From positions 2,277,830-2,341,829 of the forward strand of contig NC_068989.1 of assembly GCF_001194135.2 (NCBI RefSeq): 64,000 bases of DNA, written 5' to 3'. This DNA is from Octopus bimaculoides (taxonomy: Eukaryota). Every line of letters starts with the position of its first letter. Positions within the stretch are counted from its first letter, which is position 1. Below, piece after piece: positions 1 to 10,667 of this stretch. Position numbers and translations under genes: made by a program. A model generated the notes under the pieces. That model was not told the origin of the DNA. It saw only the letters and a program-made list of their open reading frames with translations, and did no database searches.

Positions 1-799
1 CCGAAGGACACTTAACATCTGATAACTGGTTTCCATAAGCGACAGTGTGATTAGTTTATGACGTCAGATGGTCTTTAAAAGTTTAGACATTAATTCGTTG
101 TCGCTGACCATCGACTGATGAATGATGCCGATCTGATAAATGTGAATACAGCAACCGTGTAGCTGACGATTTGTATTCCTAGTAAATCGTGCAGCCATTC
201 AGACATATATCTAACATGAAGGGCAAAACTATTATCGTGATTTTGATGTATGTGCCTCCAATTCTTCCAAAAAGCCGGACACCTATTATTCTAACAGCGA
301 TGTCAGTTGTTCTAAAATCTGAACGAATTATTCATTGAGTTAGCTTTCGAAATAGCCGAGTATTCCACAGACGCGTGTATCATCAACGTAATTATCGAAT
401 AAAATCAGCGTGGCACGTGTGGCTAGACTGGAATTTAGAATTACAAGAACGAAGCTTCTACCTACAATGTTTCATTGAAATAGCGTAAGTCGAGCGGATG
501 TCTTGGCAATGACAGTTGCCTGAAGTATCATTCGGCGAGTTTGAACACGAGATCACAAGATTGCTAAGCGAGGTAACCAATCCAGGCATGACTTCGGAGA
601 TATATATTTACTCTTTTCTACTCAAACAAAATTACTTTCCAAATGATAATGTAGAAATTGGTGCTGTCGGTTAACATGCGCTTTGAGCATGCCTTGCATA
701 TAGAGTTGGGCCAATATACGTGCATCTTCAGTTAGATCAACTGGGTTTTCGTTTATTCAGCGCATCAAATGCCTGGGTTGAAATATAATATTCCTGAGC

Positions 800-1126
800 A
801 GTGCATTATAAAAGAGTAAAGACCCCGTTCAGCCATAAGTGACCATAGGATTGCACCTAGGACGTTCCCCTCCGAGGCACAAGTCCGGACAAGGTTGTTT
901 ATGGAAGACCACCAATGGCCCAGCATTTCCCTCTCCACGTCACTGATGTTATTCATTGGAAAAGCAAAGACCGATAAAGCCTGCCACTAGTGACGTTGCA
1001 ACTCATTTCTAGAGTTGAGTGAACTGAAGCAACATGACTTGCTCAAGAACACAACGCACACTTTAGTCCGGGAATTGAACTCACTACCTCATGATTATGA
1101 ACCCGACGCTCTAACCGCTGAACCAG
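800..1126 (-). mobile_element. tRNA-derived SINE (family D here)
   Basis: The reverse complement begins GGTTCAGCGGTTAGAGCGTCGGGTTCATAATCATGAGGTAGTGAGTTCAATTCC (A-box and B-box tRNA-like head). It continues TGCGTTGTGTTCTTGAGCAAG...TAGAAATGAGTTGCAACGTCACTAGT, which matches the + strand copy at 58528. Confidence 0.85.
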
Positions 1127-1458
1127 ACACTGTATTATCCGCTTATGTATAGCTTGTTCTGTTCCACAATACTACCAGCGGACCTAATTAAACATCTAAT
1201 TATAATTATATTGGGACATTGACATATTTTGAAATACAGCCATATGACACACCATCCCGCTCACTAGATAATAAAACCGAGCGTCAGTGTTCGATAAATA
1301 AATGAATACATAAACTTATGTGCGTGTGTATGTGTCCGTTTGCTATGTTTGTATGCATTTGCTTATTTACATGTGACGTGTAGACAGTATGATCTATATA
1401 TAACAGCTTAAAACACCTGTGCATAAATTGTATTACCTTTATTGAGGTAAAGCGACGC

Positions 1459-1505
<47 letters not shown>

Positions 1506-1507
1506 CG

Positions 1508-1548
<41 letters not shown>

Positions 1549-1795
1549 NNNNNNNNNNNNNNNNNNNNNNNNNNNNNNNNNNNNNNNNNNNNNNNNNNNN
1601 NNNNNNNNNNNNNNNNNNNNNNNNNNNNNNNNNNNNNNNNNNNNNNNNNNNNNNNNNNNNNNNNNNNNNNNNNNNNNNNNNNNNNNNNNNNNNNNNNNNN
1701 NNNNNNNNNNNNNNNNNNNNNNNNNNNNNNNNNNNNNNNNNNNNNNNNNNNNNNNNNNNNNNNNNNNNNNNNNNNNNNNNNNNNNNNNATATATA

Positions 1796-2405
1796 CACAC
1801 TGAAGCGGAAAGGAAACGCGATTTTTTCAAATGTCTTTTTTATATGGTAAATTCTGAAAATTTATTTCGGGGATGTAAGTGCAAATATTCCAAGTCATGC
1901 AGGTTTATTGCTGAGACCCAAATTGCAGGTAACCTTTCAACTTTCCCTGAAAGAAGACATCAGAACTCAGCTGCGTTGAATGCCGCCCTGGCTGTTGTGA
2001 AAGCTTACAATGTCCATGTTAGCACCATCCATCGGGTGCAACAGCGATACAACATCAACAACAACACTGCAGACCGTGCCCGCAGAGGGCGCCTCCTTAC
2101 GATCACGCCCAAGTAGGACCGCTTCATCCACCTGCAACCCCTCTCTGATCGCTTCAGACTGGCCCACGTCACATCTCGCGAGGCCATTGTGACGACACAG
2201 TACGATGTCGACTGGTCGCCAACAACCTTCATTACCGTCGTCCTGCTCGAGGGCCTGTCCTGACCGTCTGCCACCGTCAGGCACGACTACAGTGGGCTAC
2301 ACAGTACCTAAATTAGCGGCATCAACATTGGAGGTCGATAGTTTTCTCTTATGAGAACCGGTACTGCGTTTCCACCCCATGGATCGTAGAGTGAGAGTAT
2401 AGCGT
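1796..2405 (+). pseudogene. Tc1-family transposon fossil (5' TIR plus disrupted N-terminal transposase)
   Basis: TA followed by CACACTGAAGCGGAAAGGAAACGCG is TIR-like. Translation gives AVVKAYNVHVSTIHRVQQRYNINNNTADRARRGRLLTITPK*DRFIHL (paired-like HTH with a GRPR-type motif). It then reads RRPARGPVLTVCHRQARLQWA...WRSIVFSYENR...DRRVRV, with a decayed FSDE first catalytic Asp. Stops and frameshifts are present. Confidence 0.85.
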
Positions 2406-2821
2406 ATGGAGTATAGAGGTCTTTTGTAAGCAGTTGCTGATCTGTTTGGATTCATAGATTTTAGGACATTTATAAAAGTACATTTGCTTTCACTTCAAAA
2501 TTACTGACGTAATCCAACTCATTTTTTGTTAAGACATACTTGAATTCTTTTGGCAAATTTGCCGTTTTCGTTCATAGTTCGTTTATCAGTATTGCTATCT
2601 AGTTATCTGTAGAATTGCTGGTCATTGAGTTGCTCTAACACCATTTTCCTGTAATGGGTCTTCTTCATTATTACAATGGCTTCTCTTTTACAGATTCTTA
2701 AAAAAATATAGATGAGTCTTCTTGTTGTCATTGTAATGCCTTTTATTCTTCATATGCAATATTTTGTTTCAGAGGGTGTGCTGGAAGGTTTTAGCTAGAA
2801 GACCTTTCCAGGAATATTGTA

Positions 2822-2936
2822 TACTCTTTTCTATTCCAGGCAAAAGGCCCGAAATCTGAACTCAGAACGTAACGGCAGACGAAACACCGCTAAGCATTTC
2901 GCCCGGCGTGTTAACGTTTCCGCCAACTCGCCTCCT
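2822..2936 (-). mobile_element. SINE family A, internally deleted copy
   Basis: The 3' tail (GGCCCGAAAT) is joined directly to the head (TGAACTCAGAACGT...CCGCTAAGCATTTCGCCCGGCGTG...CCAACTCGCC). The central domain seen in the full copies at 32441 and 41984 is missing. Confidence 0.8.
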
Positions 2937-4129
2937 TAGGCATATTATGTATATCTCCAGGTGTTTGTTTCTGTTTATCGAGGTTTTAAACTTGCTTTGT
3001 TCTGCACAAGCAATGGGTCATCTTTGTGATTTCTCTGAAAGAATTTGTATGTAAGTACGTATGTATATATAATANNNNNNNNNNNNNNNNNNNNNNNNNN
3101 NNNNNNNNNNNNNNNNNNNNNNNNNNNNNNNNNNNNNNNNNNNNNNNNNNNNNNNNNNNNNNNNNNNNNNNNNNNNNNNNNNNNNNNNNNNNNNNNNATT
3201 TACATTTACATGTATATATATATATAATTCAAGACACAAGATTTAGATATGAGCCAATTTGAATTTCATATTCGGATAGTGATTTATACGATGTGTGTAA
3301 ATTGTATGTTTTTACTCTTACAGTGAAACATAAATGCCATTTCTCTAAGTGACAGTGTTTACGAAAATCACTGCAATGTATGTTTGAACATAAAACAGTT
3401 TAAACAGAATGAGATCCAAAGCGAGTTATCTCCCTCTGCATTAATTCAAATAAGTAATGAGTTATTTAAATCACTGCAATGTTAACATTTGAGGGATCGG
3501 CTGCGCTAAATGCAAAATGATAATTTCATATATGCGAATCGGAGTAGATCTTGCTACTCGACAGATTATTCTCTTAATCACTCTAGATTTTTTATTCCTT
3601 AAATTTCCAATCTTCCTGGTGCTTTGTAAATATCGCTAATGTCTTTGTTGCGACAAATATACAGTTGTTTTCAATAATTGGTGAAGAATAATTGCTTCAA
3701 ACTGACACATTAATTGTACAGACAGACGATAATTAAGTAGACTAATAAACCAGCTTATAAAGAAAAAACCTTTTCTGATTTTCGCGTTTCCTCTATGCCT
3801 GAATACAAAAGTAATTCAGATTGCAAATAAAGTAAAGTATTTACATACACACACATACACACACATACATACTCACACACATATTTGCATATATCAAATT
3901 AATCAGGATTTCAAGTAGTAATGCAGTACGACCGTTTCAAGCGGCTCCATTTAGTTGAACAATGCAATCATTGCATCAAATTTAATACACCGATATCTTC
4001 AGCTGCACAAATATGGAACTTCAACAAACAAGATACATTAATATAATTTCTCTTAAATATTTTAACAGAGCAAGAAGATGGAAGAAATTCAAGTTGTCGC
4101 TATTGTAGGAAGAATAGCTAAGAGAAGAG

Positions 4130-4521
4130 GCTACAATTTTCGTGATCACATAAACCCTTAACATTTGGCCTCCTAATTCCCCAGATCTCAATCCATTGGA
4201 CTATTACACGTGGAGTGTTGTTGAGAGAGAGGTCAATGAACACACCCATGACACCAAAAATTCTTTGAAAGCTGCCATAGTCAGAGTAATGTCCAAAAAC
4301 GAACCAGGGACCACTTGATTCGAGCATGGAGATGATTTAGATCTCATATAAAAGCAGTTGTTGAAGCTGAAAGAGGCTTTATTGAATAACATTATAGAAA
4401 AGAAGGTTTATTTTTATCCTTATAGCATTTTTCGATAAATAAAGTTATTACTTGCTATTATATATCTGTTTTTTTTTCGTAAAGATAAATTTGTCCTCAA
4501 ATATCTTACGCACCCTATATG
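4130..4521 (+). pseudogene. maT/DD37D mariner-like transposon, 3' fragment with right TIR
   Basis: Translation NIWPPNSPDLNPLDYYTWSVVEREVNEHTHDTKNSLKAAIVRVMSK contains the third catalytic Asp motif. The fragment ends ...TCTTACGCACCCTATA (CAGGGTG-type TIR plus TA). Confidence 0.85.
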
Positions 4522-4857
4522 AAGAATGAGGGAAACGGAAAAGGAAAGAGGAGTGGTCAGGTGACTTTTGATTATTTTTTGACATCACGGAGAAGCATAG
4601 AGCTTGTTAGTGCGTGGAAGGTTAGCATGGAAGGACCCGTATGCTTGCAACAGAACGAAGAATGCCAACTGCATCCAAGGGCCAGATGCTGATGGTGATA
4701 TTAAAGAGGGCCGCTCGGTGCATTAACCTTTCCCTAAAACGGGAGACGTTTTACACTCTATAGAGAAGGGATTCATTAGGAAGGGCAACGGCAAAAACAG
4801 CAGAATAGAAAAAAGAACGGCCTCAGCTGAGAACATGGTAGCAGTTGTGTTGGCAGC

Positions 4858-4885
4858 AGCAATAGTAAGTAGTAGCATTAGTAGT

Positions 4886-4965
<80 letters not shown>

Positions 4966-5010
4966 CAGCAGCAGCAGCGGCAGTGAAAGCAGTAGTAACC
5001 GAAGCAATAA
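4858..5010. repeat. Compound (CAG)n/(TAG)n trinucleotide microsatellite
   Basis: Seen directly. It explains the poly-S, poly-L and poly-A/T ORFs at 4723-5038. Confidence 0.97.
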
Positions 5011-5357
5011 CGATAGAAGCGAGGGCAAGTAAGGTCATTGATGAAGCTTGGGTTAAAAGTAGGAGACGCGCTGTTGCAGCTGTTGAGGTTGTTGTTCTTG
5101 CTGTGGTTGTCGCTTATAGTATTGTTGTTGCTATTTACGTAGTACTTGTTGCCATTGTTCCTGTTGAAAAAGTGGCAGAGGAATATTAAATGAAATAAAT
5201 TGTATTTAATAACCCTCCGTTTCGCTGACGTAACGTTTATTGATCATTAAGTATCAAAATCGTTGCTGTCGTTTTGTACAAAAGATGCGACAGACAAATA
5301 TTAAATAGAATTCTTGTTTATTTGTATATATTAAAATTGTATTATTTTTATGACATA

Positions 5358-5448
5358 CTAGCAGAAATACCCGGCGTTGCCCGGGTTAAAGAGAATAATG
5401 AAATCTAAAAACGCCGTCTAGACTACGCATCATCTTTATATATAGAGA
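5358..5448 (-). mobile_element. Minimal non-autonomous Helitron (about 91 bp)
   Basis: The minus strand reads A|TCTCTATATATAAAGATG...CCCGGGCAACGCCGGGTATTTCTGCTAG|T. It has a 5' TC, a GC hairpin (CCCGG/CCGGG at 5370-5385) close to the 3' CTAG, and sits between A and T without a TSD. Confidence 0.85.
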
Positions 5449-6510
5449 TGTATATACACACACGCACCCAAACACACGTATATATATGTATATCAATATA
5501 AATATATGAAAGTCAATGAAGTTTCGTAAAAGAAGGTGATCATGTACATACTTTCTTGCTGTTGTGATTATAACACCTCATTGTAAACTATGTTCCTTGT
5601 TTTCCCTTGTGGAGCATATACAAATAGGTTTTTTGTTGCTGCCCACTCTTGAGCAGCCAACATACAGNNNNNNNNNNNNNNNNNNNNNNNNNNNNNNNNN
5701 NNNNNNNNNNNNNNNNNNNNNNNNNNNNNNNNNNNNNNNNNNNNNNNNNNNNNNNNNNNNNNNNNNNNNNNNNNNNNNNNNNNNNNNNNNNNNNNNNNNN
5801 NNNNNNNNNNNNNNNNNNNNNNNNNNNNNNNNNNNNNNNNNNNNNNNNNNNNNNNNNNNNNNNNNNNNNNNNNNNNNNNNNNNNNNNNNNNNNNNNNNNN
5901 NNNNNNNNNNNNNNNNNNNNNNNNNNNNNNNNNNNNNNNNNNNNNNNNNNNNNNNNNNNNNNNNNNNNNNNNNNNNNNNNNNNNNNNNNNNNNNNNNNNN
6001 NNNNNNNNNNNNNNNNNNNNNNNNNNNNNNNNNNNNNNNNNNNNNNNNNNNNNNNNNNNNNNNNNNNNNNNNNNNNNNNNNNNNNNNNNNNNNNNNNNNN
6101 NNNNNNNNNNNNNNNNNNNNNNNNNNNNNNNNNNNNNNNNNNNNNNNNNNNNNNNNNNNNNNNNNNNNNNNNNNNNNNNNNNNNNNNNNNNNNNNNNNNN
6201 NNNNNNNNNNNNNNNNNNNNNNNNNNNNNNNNNNNNNNNNNNNNNNNNNNNNNNNNNNNNNNNNNNNNNNNNNNNNNNNNNNNNNNNNNNNNNNNNNNNN
6301 NNNNNNNNNNNNNNNNNNNNNNNNNNNNNNNNNNNNNNNNNNNNNNNNNNNNNNNNNNNNNNNNNNNNNNNNNNNNNNNNNNNNNNNNNNNNNNNNNNNN
6401 NNNNNNNNNNNNNNNNNNNNNNNNNNNNNNNNNNNNNNNNNNNNNNNNNNNNGTATCTGTCACTACAGTATCGAAATGTGATTGTTTCAGTTAGTGGAAT
6501 AGTTTCATTT

Positions 6511-6716
6511 TTAAAGTGAAAGTATTTGACATGAGTGTTTTTGTTTCACTTTTGACACGTAATACTTAAATAGTGGAGGAGATATTATGTTGCCGTGTGC
6601 TCGAACTCTGCAAGAAGTTAATTTTTTTTGACTAAAACACAACTGGAATCCTAAGTAAGGCATGTGTAAAATTTGAATGAAATTGGTTGCGTAGTTCTCG
6701 AGTTTTAGGGATTCAC

Positions 6717-6767
<51 letters not shown>

Positions 6768-6793
6768 CACATTCTCATTTTTATATATATAGA
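6511..6793 (-). mobile_element. Non-autonomous Helitron-like element, 5' part with internal (GTCT)n
   Basis: The minus strand starts A|TCTATATATATAAAAATGAGAATGTGTGTTTGTCTGTCTGTCT... then CCAATTTCATTCAAATTTTACAC. This is the usual 5' TC plus microsatellite plus core layout of Lep1/DINE-like Helitron derivatives. The 3' end is not identified and may lie in the gap. Confidence 0.7.
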
Positions 6794-7164
6794 TGATAAG
6801 CACTCAATTTGACTTATAGTGAAAAGCGCCATATGCGCATCTGTTGTTGAAATACCTCTAAAGAACTATCAGCACACATTCTTACTTCCTTATTTCGCAC
6901 GATCTGTGGAATTGTAATAACTCAGCCATTCTGTTGATTTATACAAATGCTTGGATCTAAACCGATACTACTTGTTCATATTTTCAGTCTGCAATACATA
7001 TATAGATGTATACACACATCTGCCTATATTGATAAACTTTACGTATGTGTACAAACATATACATAATTCAATTATGCTTAAGCTATAAGCCATATAATAA
7101 TATTAATGGTAGAAAAGACATTGAAATTGTAGATAGCGTTGGTAGTAAGATTTGGCTGGTGTGC

Positions 7165-7233
7165 AGCTACCGGACGTCCGCCACTGAGGAGACCCGGTAC
7201 GTCGAAACCACGTGATCTGGTAATTCCGGCGCT
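7165..7233 (+). ncRNA. Extended type I hammerhead ribozyme motif
   Basis: Core CTGAGGA at 7184-7190; stem II GAC/GTC around loop CCGGTAC; GAAAC at 7204-7208; stem III C-ACGT-G; triplet ATC at 7215-7217. Stem I is CCA/TGG extended by CCGGA/TCCGG across an internal loop. There is one mismatch, C15.2-A16.2. Confidence 0.75.
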
Positions 7234-7686
7234 CGTAACACACGATTCTGGTCTGCTTTTATGCACCATGCGTCCATATAAGAGGTCCGCTCAAGGTATA
7301 GAACGCAGTATTCGGCGGTCTAACAAAACAGCCACAGTAAGGTGGATATAAAGATTGCCTTTTAATATTTTTATTCTCTCACGATCATAACATTTCATTT
7401 CTAATTTATACATTTACGTATAGATGTGTTATTGTGACCTAATTCTATTAGGACCAGCTGTTTAAAACGATTGTACGTGTGAATATTTGAATACATGTGC
7501 TTATGTATGTAAACATATATATGTAGATGTATGTATATGTGTGGGTGTGTACATTTATGTTTATTGTATATTTTCGTTAGNNNNNNNNNNNNNNNNNNNN
7601 NNNNNNNNNNNNNNNNNNNNNNNNNNNNNNNNNNNNNNNNNNNNNNNNNNNNNNNNNNNNNNNNNNNNNNNNNNNNNNNNNNNNNN

Positions 7687-7717
<31 letters not shown>

Positions 7718-8509
7718 TCATGTAAATCTATACATACACACGCACACATATATGTGGGTGAAACATTTATAAATATATTTGTGTGTGTGCATAGATATGT
7801 ACATATGTCTATGCATGTGTATTTTTAAACGTACATATGTGTTTGTGTGTGCAGAAATATATATGCACGTGCACACACACATATACACATATACACATAC
7901 ATACATGAGACGTTGCAGTGAGTACGTATTTTTATACATATACGTAAGGGTATATATGAGTGTGTATATATGTATACACATACATGCATACATACATACA
8001 TACATACATACATACATACATACATACATAAGTTGCTGATAAGGTATAAAGTGAGGGTATTTCCAGAGAAGCACTCGATCCGAATATTGGGCTATCAACA
8101 CTGTCGGGTTCCACCCCAAAGCCGGAATTCTTCAGGGTGTAGAAAATCCAAGTTTCACAATGATCACACATAGAGTGGGTTTGGTGAAGAGTAAGTAATC
8201 CAAATGATGAGAAGAAAATAAAGAAAATTCCCTTAGACTTCTTTAATGATTCCTTAGAATTGCTTCTGCACCAACTATTTGCAACGCCAGTTTACGCAAA
8301 AAATTCGAAGTGAAAATTTACGTAATGTTTGCGGTTTTATAGAGACATTTCGTCAGACTTGCATCAAAGGTGTGCTGCCACAGTGTGCGTCTTCCAGACT
8401 TTGCTTTTTGGCTTAAGCGCAATGGCTACAAGCTGTTCCACTTAGATAAGACGTATTCACGCATCGACTTCAAACTTCGATTCTACTTTGGAAAAAAAAA
8501 AAAAGCGCA

Positions 8510-8603
8510 CGACCTCGCCAAAATTTGAACTCAGAACGCAAAGCCGGAGAAAATGCTGCCTTGCATTTAGTCCGGCGTGCTAACGATTCTGCCAGCTCAC
8601 TGC
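8510..8603 (-). mobile_element. SINE family A, 5' fragment
   Basis: Reverse complement of the head GAGCTGGCAGAATCGTTAGCACGCCGG...TTCTGAGTTCAAATTTTGGCGAGGTCG. Confidence 0.85.
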
Positions 8604-9051
8604 ATTAATCTCAACTTGCATATCTTTTGGGAATAAAGTCCGAGCAGCACAATTCGAAAAAAGAAAAACGAAAGAAAATGAAAAAAAAAAGAAAACGAAG
8701 AAATTTCGAGAAATACGAAATAAACGAAAACAATTTGAGAAAAACGAAAAAAAAACCCAGACAATTAGAAAATTGTCTTCTTGTTAGGGAAAAACAACAT
8801 AACAACATAACATCAGCAACCGTCGAAATGTCGAACATAAAAGCTGATTCGTAGCGATGGAATCGTAAAAGAATTGGAATGGATTAAAGCCATTCTGTAA
8901 CTAACCATAAGCATATTTTCCTTGCAAGTGATTAATTTTACATTGTATTTGTAAATGGCTGTAATCTTCCATAGAGTGAACCAAAATGGTAAAAGCTTTC
9001 TTCTGTTACATCATAATTGAAACCGATTCTTCTGTCGCTCATTCTTCTCAC

Positions 9052-9254
9052 AGAATCATTAACACACCGCGAAAATGCTTAGCGGCATTTGGTCTGTCTT
9101 TACGTTCTGAGTTCAAATGGTACTTATTTTATTGACTTCAAAATTATGAAAGACAAAGTCGACCTTGGCAGACTTTGATCTCAGAATGTAAAGACGAACG
9201 AAATCCCACTTTGCATTTTGTCCGGTGTACTAACGATTCTGCCAGCGCGCCGCC
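9052..9254. mobile_element. Two abutting SINE A fragments in opposite orientation (+ about 9052-9118; - about 9119-9254)
   Basis: CAGAATCATTAACAC...TTCTGAGTTCAAAT is followed at once by GGTACTTATTTTATTGAC...AAAGTCGACCTTGGCAGACTTTGATCTCAGAA...CGATTCTGCCAGCGCGCCGCC. Confidence 0.8.
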
Positions 9255-9279
9255 CTAATCAGAATAATAAAATAGTAAT

Positions 9280-9478
9280 CCTTTCTAATATAGACGCAAA
9301 GCCTGAAGTTTTATTGATGGTGGTGGTGGTGGGGGGTCTAGTCGATTAGTTCTATCCCAGTACGCAACTGGTACTTATTTCACCGACCCCGAAAGGAGGG
9401 AAGACAAAGCTGACCTCGGCGGAATTTGAACTCAGAACATAAGGACGGATAAAATGCCGCTAAGCCTTTTACCCGGCG
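9280..9478 (-). mobile_element. SINE family A, head truncated by the adjacent repeat
   Basis: CCCAGTACGCAACTGGTACTTATTTCACCGACCCCGAAAGG...GACCTCGGCGGAATTTGAACTCAGAAC...GCCGCTAAGC. Confidence 0.9.
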
Positions 9479-9650
9479 TTTGCTTGTTTGTTTGTTTGTT
9501 TGTCCGTGGAGAAGATATCTCAAGAACCGCCGGATGGATTCGGATGAAACTTTCAGGGATGTTTGGCCTCGTGGCTGGCACGAACTGATTAGATTTTGGG
9601 ATCGATCCGGTACCTCACAAGGATTCTGGATATATTTATTATATTTACTT
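9479..9650 (+). mobile_element. Internal fragment of a Helentron-associated (HINE/DINE-1-like) repeat
   Basis: (GTTT)n is followed by AGATATCTCAAGAACCGCCGGATGGATTCGGATGAAACTTTCAGGGATGTTT...GGATTCTGGAT. The same sequence recurs at 60077-60128 (reverse) and at about 60355-60375. The class assignment is inferred. Confidence 0.6.
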
Positions 9651-10003
9651 TACTCCACATAATTATGATCATATGTTGAACAAAAGAAACATTGAAGCTT
9701 CAAACCAAAGATTAACAGGAGAAATTTCTATTATGCCCAGTATTTCCGGATCAAACTGTACGCTTGTTAAATAGCTGTTAAAATTCCTACAACGCCTTAA
9801 CTAGTAATGCGGTATGACGTTGTTGCTAAATTGATATATAATCCTAAAACATATATAAAGACTATATCTGATATCCAACCTGTATAAACAATGTCGAATC
9901 CTGAATCTTAGAATATTACCACAATAACCTTTCCGTCGGCAATGAATTCCTATATTTTGAGTAAATTTTAAAGCAACGCAAAGCTAATATTAATTGTAGT
10001 AGA

Positions 10004-10221
10004 AGACAGCGAGCTGGCAGAATCATTAGAACGCCGAACAAAATGCTTAGCGGCATTTCGCCAGTCTTCTTGTTCTGAGTTCAAATTCCACCGAAGCCGA
10101 CTTTGCTTTTCACCCTTTCAGGATCAATAAATTAAGTACCAGTCAAGCACTGGGTTCAATGCACTCGAGTTAACCCCTACTCCAAATTTTATGGCCTTGT
10201 GCCAAAATTTGAAACCAATAT
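10004..10221 (+). mobile_element. SINE family A, near full length
   Basis: GCGAGCTGGCAGAATCATTAG...AAATGCTTAGCGGCATTTCG...CTGAGTTCAAATTCC...CCTTTCAGGATCAATAAATTAAGTACCAG...GGCCTTGTGCC. Confidence 0.9.
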
Positions 10222-10630
10222 TAATTGCTGTAGAATGATCACAAAGCTATTGTTTATTAACGGTAAAAATATGTAACTGTATATTATTTCGCAGTTTTAC
10301 AGTTTAGAGACTAAATAATTTGCAAGTATCACATTTATCTTCACCTCTTTAATAAAGAGACTTACTTCACTAAAGCTAACTTCTCCCATTTGTGTTTGTA
10401 TGAGAAACGTTGCCGAGGTGAAAGAAATAAGCTAAAACATTGGCGTTATAGAATTCCATGTCTTTTAGAAAATCGAAAACATTAAGAGACCTACCAAATA
10501 CGAGAAAAAAACATACATTTCCCATTCATAATAGGTAAAAAAAGGAAAGAAAATTGCACGCCTATCTATCTATCTATCTATCTATCTATCAATTTATCTA
10601 CATGCCTGTCTGACGGTCTCTTTACATACA

Positions 10631-10667
<37 letters not shown>

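Noticed and set aside
1-600. Cadherin-like words (NDADL..N, TYNVSL) near the window start
   Set aside because: Many stops, no consistent frame and no splice support; likely chance.
4560-4830. Possible Jockey/CR1 LINE C-terminal remnant (KRAARCI...FYTL*RR)
   Set aside because: Too few conserved residues to call by eye; left unassigned.
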